Source of the DNA: Spirochaetia bacterium
GTDB taxonomy: Bacteria; Spirochaetota; Spirochaetia; UBA9216
DNA length: 64,000 bases
Assembly (NCBI GenBank): GCA_963675665.1
Contig: OY776510.1
Location: forward strand, 1,312,001 to 1,376,000
Direction of reading: 5' to 3'
Shown here: piece by piece, positions 29,180 to 39,089 of the stretch
How the letters are laid out: the number at the start of each line of letters is the position of its first letter
Position numbering within the stretch: the first letter of the stretch is position 1
Notes under the pieces: generated by a model
The model's input: only the letters and a program-made list of their open reading frames with translations
Database searches by the model: none
Told to the model about the DNA's origin: nothing
Translations under genes and position numbers: made by a program

Positions 29180-31051
29180 CTACCAGCTGCCTCCGCCTCC
29201 GCCTCCGGAACCACCTCCGGAAGAGCCTCCTGATGAAGAGCCGCCGCTTGACGACGGTGAGGAGGTCATTGAGGAATTCATCGATGAAAAGCTGCTGTTG
29301 AGAGTGTTTGTAAAAGCAGCGGCGCTGAATGTATTGTAACGATAGCCACGGTACCACCCCGGCGGCTCCACGGTCATTCCCTCAAAATGGGAGGACCATT
29401 TATCGCTGAGCTTCATTACCATTGCGTAGGGCAGAATATCATAAAAGTATGACGGGTTTGATTCAAACATCATTTCAAGCTTGTCTTTTTCGGCGGTTTT
29501 AATAAACTCTTTAAATCCCAGGGTTTTTTCAAGGATTTGATCTCCGTATGGCGTCCGCCGGGACATAAGGTTCATGAATACCGAGACTGTTATCCCGCTT
29601 GCAACTGCCGCCAGGTATTTATAAATCGGTATACCTCCGCCGGCTACCATGAAAAACGCAAAAAAAGCAAGCGAAAAGCCGCCGAACAGAATAAAAAACA
29701 CAATTTTTCCTTTTTGACCTTCGGTGTTGCCGTTTGCTATGGCGGAGCCGAGTACGAACGACGGGATAATCAGAAAAAGACTGAACGGAACGGCAAAAAG
29801 AACTGCAAACGCCCCCTCTCCGGTGAAAGCCATAAACCCTTCCATAAGTACTGCTATAATCGGAACAGCCGCGAACAGGCCGGTAAGGGCTGTGTAGAAC
29901 CTGTTCGCTTTTACATAAATGGCGCGCTCGGGGTGTTCCGTGAAACTTTTTTTGATGTTTGTTTTTGCTTCATATACCGACTTGTAGAACTTGTTGACAA
30001 GATCGTCCGTTGATACCCTTGTTCCGTCTCCGTAGGTAAAAAGTTTGGCGAATAATTTCTTTTCATAGTATTTGGCCGCATCATCCAGCCCCCTGAGACG
30101 GGTAATATGGAGCTTTTTTCGCTTGAAAACCGCTTTCCCGGTGGTCTCTTCTTCTATTTCAAGATACCCTTTTTCGGCCCAGTAGATTATAAGAGAGGTT
30201 ACATCCCTGTTGTCGACTGATCCGTCAATAATATAGCCTATTTCCGAGGGATTCATTCCCTCGGGCGGTTCGAATTCCACTGAAGGGAAGAGTTTTGTGT
30301 CGCGGCCGTATCGGTACCAGAAAAAGAAGGCAAGCACAATTACCGCAATATAAAGAGGGTAGCCGAAGATAGTGAACAGCAGCCAGCCCTTCTCCCGGTG
30401 GAGCTCAGCCCCGACCCAGTAGCCTTCCGGCAGCGGGAGCGCCACAGTCAGCGCCTGGTAATTCTGCAGCGGTTTCAGCGTACGGCCGGTTATTGTTGTG
30501 CCGTTTATCTCCCATTCGACATTGGAGCTGTCGGTTTCGCCGTAATACCCGGAGGTGCAGTTGACGTAGGCAGGGTCGAAGGATTTCGGCATCTTTATTC
30601 TGAAATTAACCGACGCTATCGGTGTGTCCCACTGGTCGCCGATTATATTGTGATAGAACTCGTCCATATCGCTGAGTTTATCGGCCCCGACATCATAGGT
30701 GTATGAGATGGAGTAGGTGACCTTACCGTTCACGTAAGCATCAGCAGAACCTATACGGATATTAACGTAATCACGGTTTTTCTCAATGCTTGTTTCGTGG
30801 CCGGGTACCGAGATATTGCTTATGAATACGGGCATATCGTCGAAACGCAGTGGAATTTCCCTGTAAATTCCGTGGCGCTGCGTTTGGAAGGTAACATCTA
30901 TTATTTCAGTAATATTGTAAACATTGTTTTCCATTACATCGATATCGACCTGGTAATGATCGATAATAAAATACTCGTCGGCAGCCAGATTCAGGGACGC
31001 CGACAGCAGCAGAAGGATTATAAATAAACCCGGCAATATTGCTTTTTTCAT
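29180..31051 (-). CDS. DUF2207 membrane protein
   Basis: Signal peptide, HGIYREIP, LPYAMV, and C-terminal GGSSGGGSGGGGGGSW; directly downstream of lemA. Confidence 0.88.
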   Translation of the reverse strand: MKKAILPGLFIILLLLSASLNLAADEYFIIDHYQVDIDVMENNVYNITEIIDVTFQTQRHGIYREIPLRFDDMPVFISNISVPGHETSIEKNRDYVNIRIGSADAYVNGKVTYSISYTYDVGADKLSDMDEFYHNIIGDQWDTPIASVNFRIKMPKSFDPAYVNCTSGYYGETDSSNVEWEINGTTITGRTLKPLQNYQALTVALPLPEGYWVGAELHREKGWLLFTIFGYPLYIAVIVLAFFFWYRYGRDTKLFPSVEFEPPEGMNPSEIGYIIDGSVDNRDVTSLIIYWAEKGYLEIEEETTGKAVFKRKKLHITRLRGLDDAAKYYEKKLFAKLFTYGDGTRVSTDDLVNKFYKSVYEAKTNIKKSFTEHPERAIYVKANRFYTALTGLFAAVPIIAVLMEGFMAFTGEGAFAVLFAVPFSLFLIIPSFVLGSAIANGNTEGQKGKIVFFILFGGFSLAFFAFFMVAGGGIPIYKYLAAVASGITVSVFMNLMSRRTPYGDQILEKTLGFKEFIKTAEKDKLEMMFESNPSYFYDILPYAMVMKLSDKWSSHFEGMTVEPPGWYRGYRYNTFSAAAFTNTLNSSFSSMNSSMTSSPSSSGGSSSGGSSGGGSGGGGGGSW

Positions 31052-31064
31052 ATTTTCTCTCCCG

Positions 31065-31619
31065 CTAGAATGATACTTTGACGTTTCCCCGGTCGGAATC
31101 GTCAATTTCAAAGTATTCCTTTTTTTCAAGGTTCATCATTCCGGCGATAATCGACGCCGGAAAAAGTTCACGTTTTGTGTTGAAGGCTTTAACCACCGCG
31201 TTATAGTATTTTCTCGACTGAAGAATGTCGTTTTCCACCGCCTGCAGCTGGTTTTGAAGGTTGATGAAGTTTTCATTGGCTTTTAAATCAGGGTAGGCTT
31301 CACTTAGCGCAAACAGGCTTTTCAGTCCGGCTGCAAGGGCGTTTTCACCGGCCTGAAGATCTGCCATTCCGTTTGAGTTCATGGCCATGTTCCGCGCCTG
31401 AATAACCTTTTCAAGGGTCTCCTGCTCATGTTTTGCGTAACCCTTTACTGTTTCGACGAGGTTGGGGATAAGGTCCCACCGCTTTTTAAGGTAAGCGTCC
31501 ATTGTCGCGAATGATTCTTCAACTTTATTTCTTAACCGAATAAAACCGTTGTATGTTGATACGAAAAACATGATGACGGCTATGACGGCAACAATAATTA
31601 TTATTAATCCGATAGACAT
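31065..31619 (-). CDS. lemA: LemA family protein
   Basis: YN..I.LRN, KRWDLIPNLVETVKGYAKHE, EAYPDLKANENF and RKYYN motifs. Confidence 0.95.
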   Translation of the reverse strand: MSIGLIIIIVAVIAVIMFFVSTYNGFIRLRNKVEESFATMDAYLKKRWDLIPNLVETVKGYAKHEQETLEKVIQARNMAMNSNGMADLQAGENALAAGLKSLFALSEAYPDLKANENFINLQNQLQAVENDILQSRKYYNAVVKAFNTKRELFPASIIAGMMNLEKKEYFEIDDSDRGNVKVSF

Positions 31620-31751
31620 GCTGGCTCTCCTTCTGTTCCGGTATCATCCGGCTTATGCGCAAGTATAGCATGAAGACTGTCCGAAGGTGTCAATAAAAAA
31701 GCTGTTGCCTGTTTACCTGTTCAGGAACGGTAATGGGTAGTATAATAATTT

Positions 31752-32756
31752 ATGGTCCGGAATAATAAAAAAAGGTTTAATCTTACAATATTCATTTATC
31801 TTTTCATTTTCTTTGCGCTTATTCTGATAGTATCGATTGCCTCGTCCAAAGTGCTGTTTCGTCCGTGGACAGCCAGGAAATTTTCCGCAGTGGTTCAGAT
31901 AGAGGACCGTGTTTACCTCTTCGGCGGTGTGGATGATAGCGGAGAGTCCCGCAGTGAAATTATGATGATCGATATGGAAAAACAGGCATTATACAGGATA
32001 GGCAATCTTCCGAAGCCTGCTTATTCTTCTGCGACGGCTGTTTATAACGGCATGATATACCTGGCGGGAGGTTTGTCGGATAAACAGTACCTGGACAAGG
32101 TTTACCGTTTTGATCCGGAGTCGGAAACTGTTCAGGCGATGAAAGATCTGCCGTTTCCCGCGGCCTTCGGTTCGATGTCTGCAGTTGGAGACAGTCTATA
32201 TTATATCGGGGGCTTTGACGGCGAATTGCTTCGCAGCGATATTATTGAAATTGATCCGGAGACCGGCAGCGCCGTCGTCAAGGCTGTTTTACCGCAGCCG
32301 CTGGAATATCACCGGTCAATCACCGCCGGATCCGTGATCTATATAATCGGCGGAGAGAATGATCAGCGGGAATATTCATCCTCTGTTTATGCGTATTCCC
32401 CTGCTGAAAACAGTATAAAAGAGCTGGAAGGCCGGATAAGCCCGGTATCCAGGTTCGGGATAGTCAAAGAACAGTCAGGAAGCCCTGCCGGTACAATAAT
32501 TATTGCCGGAGGATGGGGAAACGGCCAGAGAAATGATTTTCGAAGTCTTCTTTTTGAAAACAGCCTCTGTTCCGAAGAAATTATCGGGACCATTCCGGAA
32601 CCTTTTTCCGATGTTGAGTTAATCAGCTGGAACGGGAAGCTGTATCTGGCAGGCGGCACCGAACCGGAATACAAGCGGCAGATCAGGTTTGTAAAAATTG
32701 ATTCGGAAAATATGGCAAACGAGGATATAAAGCTTAAAAGTTATGTCTGGCGCTGA
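31752..32756 (+). CDS. Membrane-anchored Kelch-repeat protein
   Basis: N-terminal transmembrane segment; repeated YLFGG/YLAGG/YYIGG/YIIGG Kelch motifs. Confidence 0.85.
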   Translation: MVRNNKKRFNLTIFIYLFIFFALILIVSIASSKVLFRPWTARKFSAVVQIEDRVYLFGGVDDSGESRSEIMMIDMEKQALYRIGNLPKPAYSSATAVYNGMIYLAGGLSDKQYLDKVYRFDPESETVQAMKDLPFPAAFGSMSAVGDSLYYIGGFDGELLRSDIIEIDPETGSAVVKAVLPQPLEYHRSITAGSVIYIIGGENDQREYSSSVYAYSPAENSIKELEGRISPVSRFGIVKEQSGSPAGTIIIAGGWGNGQRNDFRSLLFENSLCSEEIIGTIPEPFSDVELISWNGKLYLAGGTEPEYKRQIRFVKIDSENMANEDIKLKSYVWR

Positions 32757-32801
32757 ATGTAACGGCAGGAAGTCCTCAAATAGATTTTTCCCCACCTTTA
32801 A

Positions 32802-32842
32802 ATGTAATTACATATTGACAAATGTACATTTCGTGTTACAAT
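32802..32842 (+). promoter_or_regulatory. Promoter of the aor operon with TGT-N4-ACA operator
   Basis: ATGTAATTACAT palindrome, TTGACA at 32815 and an extended -10 TGtTACAAT. Confidence 0.6.
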
Positions 32843-32887
32843 AATAATCGGTGGTAAACAACAATAAACAATAAAATACGGGAGGAT

Positions 32888-32983
32888 AATAAAAAAAGTA
32901 CTTCCTTGGACTTTTTTTATTTTAAAGTTTGATAAGCGGTGCTCATCAAACTTTACTCTCCGTTGCCCGCCCTCCATGGCGGG
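32888..32983. repeat. REP-like composite palindromic element
   Basis: Hairpin with TTCCTT loop, then hairpin AAAGTTTGAT-AAGC-ggt-GCTC-ATCAAACTTT, then hairpin CCCGCC-CTCCAT-GGCGGG. Confidence 0.55.
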
Positions 32984-33003
32984 TTTGGTATTAGGAGGGA
33001 AAT

Positions 33004-34833
33004 ATGCTCAACGGCGGATACCTGGGGAAGATCCTCAGAATTAATCTCGGTACCAGGGAAATAAGTACTGAAACAATCAGAGAAGAGATTTATTATAAGC
33101 TTCTCGGCGGCAGGGGGTTGGCAGCAAAATATTATTATGAAGAAATTGGGGCCGATGTAAAACCTTTTGATGCCGGGAACAAAATCTTTTTATTTGCCGG
33201 ACCTCTGACCGGATTAACGCTTCCGGCGCCGACAAAGTACCAGCTTTGCACAAAGGCCCCGGAAACCGGGCATTACCTTTGTTCGAATTCATCGGGCAAG
33301 ATGGGTATTATGCTGAAGCGGATGGGTTACGACGGAATGATTCTCGAGGGGAAATGCGACGACTGGACCTGGCTACATGTTAAAGACGGCGAAGTTGTTT
33401 TTAATGATGCTTCGGACTGGGTAGGGAAGATGACCAATGAGGTTATTGACGGGCTTCATAAAAAGGTAGGCAACGATAAGTCGTCGGTTCTTACCATAGG
33501 TCCCGCAGCAGAGAATATGGTGAAGATCTCCTATGTTTGTGTAGACCGCAGGGCTTTCGGGCGCGGCGGGGCCGGGGCGGTTTTTGCTTCAAAAAAGATA
33601 AAAGGAATCGTAACTGAAGGAAGCGGCAAAATCCCGGCTTCTGATCCAGAAAAACTTCTTGAGATTAGAAAGAAGGCTTTTCCGATTCTTCGCGAAACCA
33701 GACCGAATCATACAAAATACGGCACAAGCCAGTATATAACCGCGATAAACGAACTCGGATGTATGCCTACGCGCAACTTCCAGACGACATATTTCGAAGG
33801 CGGCGACAAGGTCGATCATCTGGCACTGTATAATAACTATCTTAAGGGAAATGCTGCATGTACCGGCTGTCCTGTAGCATGCGGTACGGTTGCCAGGGTA
33901 TACGACGGAAAATACAAGGGAGCTGAAGCCAGAACCGAATATGAATCAATCGGACTTCTGGGGCCGAACTGCGGGGTTGATGACTTCGGCGCGGTTGTTG
34001 CGGCGAACCAGCTCTGCGACGAGATCGGGATAGATACAATGAGTGGCGCAAACATTGTGGCCCTGGGAATGGAACTTTACGAAAAAGGGCTTATAACAAA
34101 AGAAGATACCTGCGGAATTGATTTGAGGTTCGGCAACGGCGACGCCCTGATAGAAGCGCTCAGAAAGATTGCAAACCGCGAAGGTATTTTTGATCTGTTG
34201 GCAGAAGGGTCACAAGGCGTGTTGGAAAAACATCCGGAGTGGAAACCTTATATCGTGCACGTCAAGGGAATGAGCCCGGCAGCTTATGACCCGCGCGGGT
34301 TCTATGGAAACGGTCTGACATACGGAACTTCAAGCAGGGGCGCCTGTCACAATGTCGGCGGATGGACTATCCGTGCCGAGCTGCAGAGCGGAGATTACGA
34401 CAGGTTTGCGCTTGAAGGCAAGGGCGAACTGGTTAAGGAAATTCAGGACAACCGGGCCTATGTAGACAGCCTCGGGGTTTGTACAGTAGTAAGAGGATCA
34501 ATGGAGTTTTCAGCCAATCCGAAAGGCGACACCATGAAAGCCGCGACGGGTTATGATTTTATGCCGGAGCTTATCGAAATAGGATCGAGAATTTACACCC
34601 TTGAAAGACTTATTCTCAATCGTGAAGGTCTTGAAAGGGAAGGGGACATGCTTCCGGAACGTCTGCTTAAGGAAGCTGTTCCATCGGGCCCGATAAAGGG
34701 ACAGAGACTGACTGAAGAGATGTATAACCGAATGCTGGACGATTATTATGATGCCCGGGGATGGGATAGAAACGGCGTAGTCAAACCCGAAACCGTAGAA
34801 AACTTCGGGCTTGCGGAGGTTGTTAATCTTTAA
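33004..34833 (+). CDS. Aldehyde:ferredoxin oxidoreductase (tungstopterin AOR family)
   Basis: GY.GKILRINL, LGGRGLA, GRGGAGAV, C.GCPVAC, EYE, CDE.GIDT, YDPR and RGACH motifs. Confidence 0.93.
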   Translation: MLNGGYLGKILRINLGTREISTETIREEIYYKLLGGRGLAAKYYYEEIGADVKPFDAGNKIFLFAGPLTGLTLPAPTKYQLCTKAPETGHYLCSNSSGKMGIMLKRMGYDGMILEGKCDDWTWLHVKDGEVVFNDASDWVGKMTNEVIDGLHKKVGNDKSSVLTIGPAAENMVKISYVCVDRRAFGRGGAGAVFASKKIKGIVTEGSGKIPASDPEKLLEIRKKAFPILRETRPNHTKYGTSQYITAINELGCMPTRNFQTTYFEGGDKVDHLALYNNYLKGNAACTGCPVACGTVARVYDGKYKGAEARTEYESIGLLGPNCGVDDFGAVVAANQLCDEIGIDTMSGANIVALGMELYEKGLITKEDTCGIDLRFGNGDALIEALRKIANREGIFDLLAEGSQGVLEKHPEWKPYIVHVKGMSPAAYDPRGFYGNGLTYGTSSRGACHNVGGWTIRAELQSGDYDRFALEGKGELVKEIQDNRAYVDSLGVCTVVRGSMEFSANPKGDTMKAATGYDFMPELIEIGSRIYTLERLILNREGLEREGDMLPERLLKEAVPSGPIKGQRLTEEMYNRMLDDYYDARGWDRNGVVKPETVENFGLAEVVNL

Positions 34834-34835
34834 CT

Positions 34836-35102
34836 ATGAACGGCGTCACCGTAACTTTTAAGTATCTGGTTAATTTCAGCGATAAGACCGGGAAGAGCCG
34901 GGAAGATGTTTCGTTTGAGGCCGGTGCTGATCTGAATACCGTTTCAGCCTGGCTTAAAGAGACTTATGATGTTCAGGCCCCGGAAAAAGGAATGCTGAAT
35001 CTTTTAAACGGCCATAGCTGGCATCAGTATCAGGATAAAATGGAAACAAAGCTGAAAGATGGCGATGTCATTATTATAATGCCGTCGATTTCCGGCGGGT
35101 GA
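34836..35102 (+). CDS. MoaD/ThiS ubiquitin-like protein
   Basis: 88 aa; LKDGD.I.I.P.ISGG C-terminal diglycine; follows aor. Confidence 0.88.
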   Translation: MNGVTVTFKYLVNFSDKTGKSREDVSFEAGADLNTVSAWLKETYDVQAPEKGMLNLLNGHSWHQYQDKMETKLKDGDVIIIMPSISGG

Positions 35103-35283
35103 TTCAAATAAAACATCCATGTTTTATTTGAATTTGAAGTATTAAAGCAAGGCTTTAATACTTCACTTCGCAAACCTGCCATACCTCCGGTGCTGCTTCG
35201 CAGTCCACGGCAGGATTAGATTTGCAGTTTGTTAAGCTTTGCTTCACAAACTGCTCGATAACTACCGGGCCTCCATGCCCGGA
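35102..35283. repeat. Array of REP-like hairpins
   Basis: Five hairpins: ATTCAAATAAAAC-ATCCAT-GTTTTATTTGAAT; TGAAGTATTAAAGC-aag-GCTTTAATACTTCA; CCTGCC..GGCAGG; GCAGTTTGT..ACAAACTGC; CCGGGC-CTCCAT-GCCCGG. Confidence 0.6.
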
Positions 35284-35335
35284 TTAAATATGTTTGCAGC
35301 CTGTTATGGCAGGAATTATATATTTGGAGAAAAAT

Positions 35336-35914
35336 ATGAGTATGGAAAATCTGCAGTCGGTTTTAACCGACTTCGATATGAAAACCGGTCTTTCAAAAAC
35401 GAAAAAATCACTACAGAGAAAACTTTCAAACATGAAAGGAATGTTTGCCGATGATGACGCTCTGGATAAAGCACTTGCCTCTGAAGACACTCTTGTTTAT
35501 GAGTTCTATGATATGGGTGTTCCCGATTCCGAAAAAGAAGTTGCGTACGGAACGTCAATAACCTATCCCGGGAAGGTCGGCGATGAATATTTCATGACCA
35601 AGGGTCATTTTCATACTGTTCTGGATACCGCAGAAGTTTATTACTGTCTGAGTGGTCACGGTTATATGCTGATGGAAAACCCTGAAGGCGACTGGGAAGC
35701 TGCAGAGCTTACTCCGGGGAATGCCGTATATGTTCCCGGAAGATACGCCCACAGAAGCATCAATATTTCAAACAGCGAACCACTGGTTACTTTTTATGCT
35801 TTTCCCGGTCATGCCGGTCATGATTACGGCACAATAGAGACCAAAGGTTTCAGAAAGCTGATTGTTGAAAGAGACGGCAAACCGGAAATCATCGACAATC
35901 CAAAATGGAAATAA
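35336..35914 (+). CDS. Cupin-type (archaeal-type) glucose-6-phosphate isomerase family protein
   Basis: PGKVGDEYFMTKGHFH, AEVY, YVP..AHRSIN and AGHDYG motifs. Confidence 0.88.
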   Translation: MSMENLQSVLTDFDMKTGLSKTKKSLQRKLSNMKGMFADDDALDKALASEDTLVYEFYDMGVPDSEKEVAYGTSITYPGKVGDEYFMTKGHFHTVLDTAEVYYCLSGHGYMLMENPEGDWEAAELTPGNAVYVPGRYAHRSINISNSEPLVTFYAFPGHAGHDYGTIETKGFRKLIVERDGKPEIIDNPKWK

Positions 35915-35927
35915 GCGGTAACCAATT

Positions 35928-36848
35928 ATGAAAAAGATTCTGGTAACACCGAGATCTCTTTCCGGAAACGGTCATCCGGCTTTGGATGATCTTCGGACAG
36001 CAGGGTATGAAGTTGTTTTTGCAACACCTGGCAAGCAGCCGACTGAAGAAGAACTTTTAGAGATTCTTCCGGAATGCTCGGGATACCTTGCAGGCGTTGA
36101 GCCTGTAAGCGGCAGTGTTTTAAGAAGGTGCCTGAAACTTAAGGTAATCAGCAGGAACGGAGTCGGAATCGATAATGTTGATCTTGCTGCTGCCGAAGAG
36201 ATGGGTATTCATGTCGAGAAAGCCGTCGGGGCCAATTCAAGGGGCGTCGCCGAGCTGGCAGTGACCCTTATGCTTGCAGGAGTGCGTTCGGTCACTTTCA
36301 GCGACCGTCACCTGAAAGCCGGCGGATGGGAACGCCGGAAAGGTTTTGAGCTTGAAGGCAAAACACTTGGTATTATCGGGTGCGGCCAGATAGGCAGGTA
36401 TGTCGCCAAAATAGCGCTTGGGCTTGATATGAAAGTAATGGCATATGATTTATACCCTGATGATAATTTCAAACCGTCGCCAGACTTCGGGTATTCTTCT
36501 ATAGATGAAATTTTCAAAAAAGCAGATGTTATATCGCTTCACTGCCCGCCGGGAGAAAAGCCGCTGATTGATGCAGAGGCTCTTTCCGGAATGAAAGACG
36601 GGGTCTATCTTGTAAATACAGCCCGTGCAGGTCTGGTTGACGAAGCAGCTGTAGTGGCTGCTCTGAATTCTGGCCGGCTTTTCGGAATGGCAACCGATGT
36701 TTTTGCAGAAGAGCCTCCGGTAATGTCTGAACTGATCGCACATGACAAGGTTATGACAACTCCTCATATAGGCGGTCTGACAACCGAAAGTGTCGATCGG
36801 GCAACGCAGACGGCGGTTGATAATATTCTGAAGGTGCTTAATGGTTGA
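35928..36848 (+). CDS. D-isomer-specific 2-hydroxyacid dehydrogenase (phosphoglycerate dehydrogenase-like)
   Basis: SRNGVGIDNVD, GCGQIG, VNTARAGLVDE, DVF.EEP and PHIGG motifs. Confidence 0.9.
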   Translation: MKKILVTPRSLSGNGHPALDDLRTAGYEVVFATPGKQPTEEELLEILPECSGYLAGVEPVSGSVLRRCLKLKVISRNGVGIDNVDLAAAEEMGIHVEKAVGANSRGVAELAVTLMLAGVRSVTFSDRHLKAGGWERRKGFELEGKTLGIIGCGQIGRYVAKIALGLDMKVMAYDLYPDDNFKPSPDFGYSSIDEIFKKADVISLHCPPGEKPLIDAEALSGMKDGVYLVNTARAGLVDEAAVVAALNSGRLFGMATDVFAEEPPVMSELIAHDKVMTTPHIGGLTTESVDRATQTAVDNILKVLNG

Positions 36849-37698
36849 AAACCCCTGTTTTGCGGAGCGACTCCCGCAGGCGGGTTCTGTCAGCTTTACA
36901 TGGCTTGGACAGGCGGGATTTCTTGTTGAAAGCGCTGAAGTAAGGATAGTTATTGATCCCTATCTGTCAGATTCGTTGTATGATAAATACAAGGATAAGA
37001 AATTTCCGCATGTCCGTATGGTCCCTGCTCCTCTGCGTCCTGATGAACTGACGCAGATTGATTTGGTACTGTGTACACACGGGCATACCGATCATATGGA
37101 TCCGGGAACTCTGCCGGTACTTGCTTCAGTCAATCCGGGATGCAGGTTTATCTGTCCGGCTTCTGAAAAGGAAAAAGCTCTGGACCGGGGTGTTCCGGCG
37201 GCAATGTTTATCGGCCTTGATGATGGAGGACGGTTTGACGACAGCTTAAACAGCGGCATCGTCGTATCGGCAGTTGCTTCTGCTCATGAGACGCTTGAAA
37301 AGGACAGTTCCGGCCGAAGTCTGTTTTTGGGATATGTGATCGGGATTAACGGTTTGAAAATATACCATTCCGGCGATTGTATTCCGTATAATGGCCTGTG
37401 GGAAAAACTGCTGAATCTGAAAATTGATATTGCATTTCTTCCTGTAAACGGGCGTGACGATTTTCGTAAATCCAACGGGATTCCCGGAAATTTTACGGTT
37501 GAGGAAGCTGCAGATCTCTGCAGCAACGCCGGAATAGAAGTTTTGATTCCTCATCATTTTGGAATGTTTGTTTTTAATTCCGGGGACCCTCAAAAAATTG
37601 AGCAGGTATTGTCGAAATCAGGTCTAAAATATACAATTCCCGAAATTGGTAAAAAAACTGAGTTTATTAAAAGGGAATATTCGGTAAGTTTTTTATAG
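36841..37698 (+). CDS. MBL-fold metallohydrolase (UlaG-like lactonase)
   Basis: WLGQAGF, IDPYLS, THGHTDHMD, YHSGD and PHHFGMF motifs. Confidence 0.88.
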   Translation: MVENPCFAERLPQAGSVSFTWLGQAGFLVESAEVRIVIDPYLSDSLYDKYKDKKFPHVRMVPAPLRPDELTQIDLVLCTHGHTDHMDPGTLPVLASVNPGCRFICPASEKEKALDRGVPAAMFIGLDDGGRFDDSLNSGIVVSAVASAHETLEKDSSGRSLFLGYVIGINGLKIYHSGDCIPYNGLWEKLLNLKIDIAFLPVNGRDDFRKSNGIPGNFTVEEAADLCSNAGIEVLIPHHFGMFVFNSGDPQKIEQVLSKSGLKYTIPEIGKKTEFIKREYSVSFL

Positions 37699-37719
37699 GA
37701 GGAATGATAAAAAGTCTTC

Positions 37720-37880
37720 ATGAGCTGGTGAATTGATATACTGCCTTAACTTTAATTGAGGCAGTAAGGTTACTGTTCGACATTTTTACTGGTCCGCGAG
37801 ACCGTTTAGGAGATTGAAGAGCCGTAACCGAAACATTCAATGGTCTGCGAGACCGGATAGGAGAATGGAACAATTCACCG
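37720..37880 (+). ncRNA. Putative IS110 bridge RNA with target-binding and donor-binding loops
   Basis: Outer stem GGTGAATTG/CAATTCACC; 5' hairpin ACTGCCT/AGGCAGT; GGTTAC/GTAACC stem; two loops built around GGTC(C/T)GCGAGACC hairpins, flanked by guide segments matching the target and donor sequences. Ends are approximate. Confidence 0.78.
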
Positions 37881-37914
37881 TATAGGCACTGCTTCAAACT
37901 ATTGGAGATAGAAC

Positions 37915-39027
37915 ATGAAGATGAGTATTGGCGTGGATCTTCACAAAACGCAGTTTACAGTATGCCTTTTAAGTGAAGACCGAAAAATTGATCAATTGGG
38001 AATGTATCCGACCAGCGGAAATGGTTATGGAGCATTTCTGAAAATGCTGGATGAATATTGTGAAGAGGAATATGAGTTGAGAGCAGCGGTGGAAACAACC
38101 GGGAATGCCCGTTATTTCCGCAATAAACTGTTAAAGGCTGGAGTCGAAGTGGTTGTAGTGAATACTTTGAAATTCAAGGTAGTGAATGAATCTGTAAAAA
38201 AGACAGACAAACATGATGCACGCACCCTGGCGGAGTTTCTTGAGAAAGACATGCTGCCTGAATCGATATTATGTTCCCAAGAGAGTGAGGATATTCGAAG
38301 GGTGCTGAAATCCAGGTCGATACTGGTAAAATCTGTTGTGTCGTTAAAGAACCAGGTGCATGGCTTATTACTTGGTTATGGAATAGAGACCAAACGCGGA
38401 CAGCTGCAGAGTAAAAAAGAAAGGCAGCGAATCCTGAACGGTCTCGAGGACCACGACTTTTACGGAAGCGCTGCCAAAACGGTAATACCGTTACTGGATA
38501 TGATAGATAATCAGGCATCGCAAGTCAAGCAGCTTGAAAAGGTTTTGGCTGAGCTTGTGGAGGACGATGAAGATGTTGAGCTTCTGCAGACAATACCAGG
38601 CGTGGGTCTAATAACAGCAGCAACAGTAAGAGCCTATACAGACGATATCGGCAGATATGATAGTGCGAAGAAATATGCAGCAAACGCCGGGCTTGTGCCA
38701 TGGGTGCAGAACTCAAATATGACAATACATCATGGACATATAACAAAGCGTGGGCCTGTAGAACTGAGGACAGCCTTCGTACAGATGGTGATGGGAATGG
38801 TTCGTATGCAAAAGAAGACCGGGACGTACCGAATAATGACGAAGTATGCAGCGATGAAGAAGCAGAAAGGCTCGGGTAAGAGTGTAATAGCTGCCGCCCG
38901 CAAGATGAGCACTTTGGTATATACAATTTTAAAAACCAGAGAGCCGTTTGATCCGATGAAAATGGCTTTTAGAAAAGAATACAGGGAAATGCAGGCAGCA
39001 GCATGGGAAGCTGTAATGGTCGGTTGA
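37915..39027 (+). CDS. IS110-family DEDD recombinase/transposase
   Basis: GVDLHK (D), AVETTG (E) and KTDKHDA (D,D); Transposase_20-like region LQTIPGVG..AGLVP...NS..GHITKRG..LR..AAARK. Confidence 0.95.
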   Translation: MKMSIGVDLHKTQFTVCLLSEDRKIDQLGMYPTSGNGYGAFLKMLDEYCEEEYELRAAVETTGNARYFRNKLLKAGVEVVVVNTLKFKVVNESVKKTDKHDARTLAEFLEKDMLPESILCSQESEDIRRVLKSRSILVKSVVSLKNQVHGLLLGYGIETKRGQLQSKKERQRILNGLEDHDFYGSAAKTVIPLLDMIDNQASQVKQLEKVLAELVEDDEDVELLQTIPGVGLITAATVRAYTDDIGRYDSAKKYAANAGLVPWVQNSNMTIHHGHITKRGPVELRTAFVQMVMGMVRMQKKTGTYRIMTKYAAMKKQKGSGKSVIAAARKMSTLVYTILKTREPFDPMKMAFRKEYREMQAAAWEAVMVG

Positions 39028-39089
39028 TATCCGACTAGATCATAAGCTTATATTTTTAGCTTGTGGTTGACTTTTTATAGGAGAAAAGA

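Larger units (their letters stand above)
37702..39083 (+). mobile_element. IS110-family insertion sequence (IS110 group: left-end ncRNA, no terminal inverted repeats), about 1.38 kb
   Basis: Flanked by the direct repeat TTTTTATAGGAG (37690-37701 and 39072-39083). Removing one copy restores the MBL stop codon/RBS directly before eda. The exact crossover within the repeat cannot be determined. Confidence 0.88.

Noticed and set aside
32845-33003. Moco/Wco riboswitch upstream of aor
   Set aside because: The region is structured, but I could not match the Moco RNA consensus; the hairpins instead match the dispersed REP-like family. An Rfam scan would settle this.
37704-37736. Mini-ORF MIKSLHELVN at the IS left end after AGGAGG
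   Set aside because: SD-to-ATG spacing of 1-2 nt is too short; the ATG is part of the donor sequence and extended -10.
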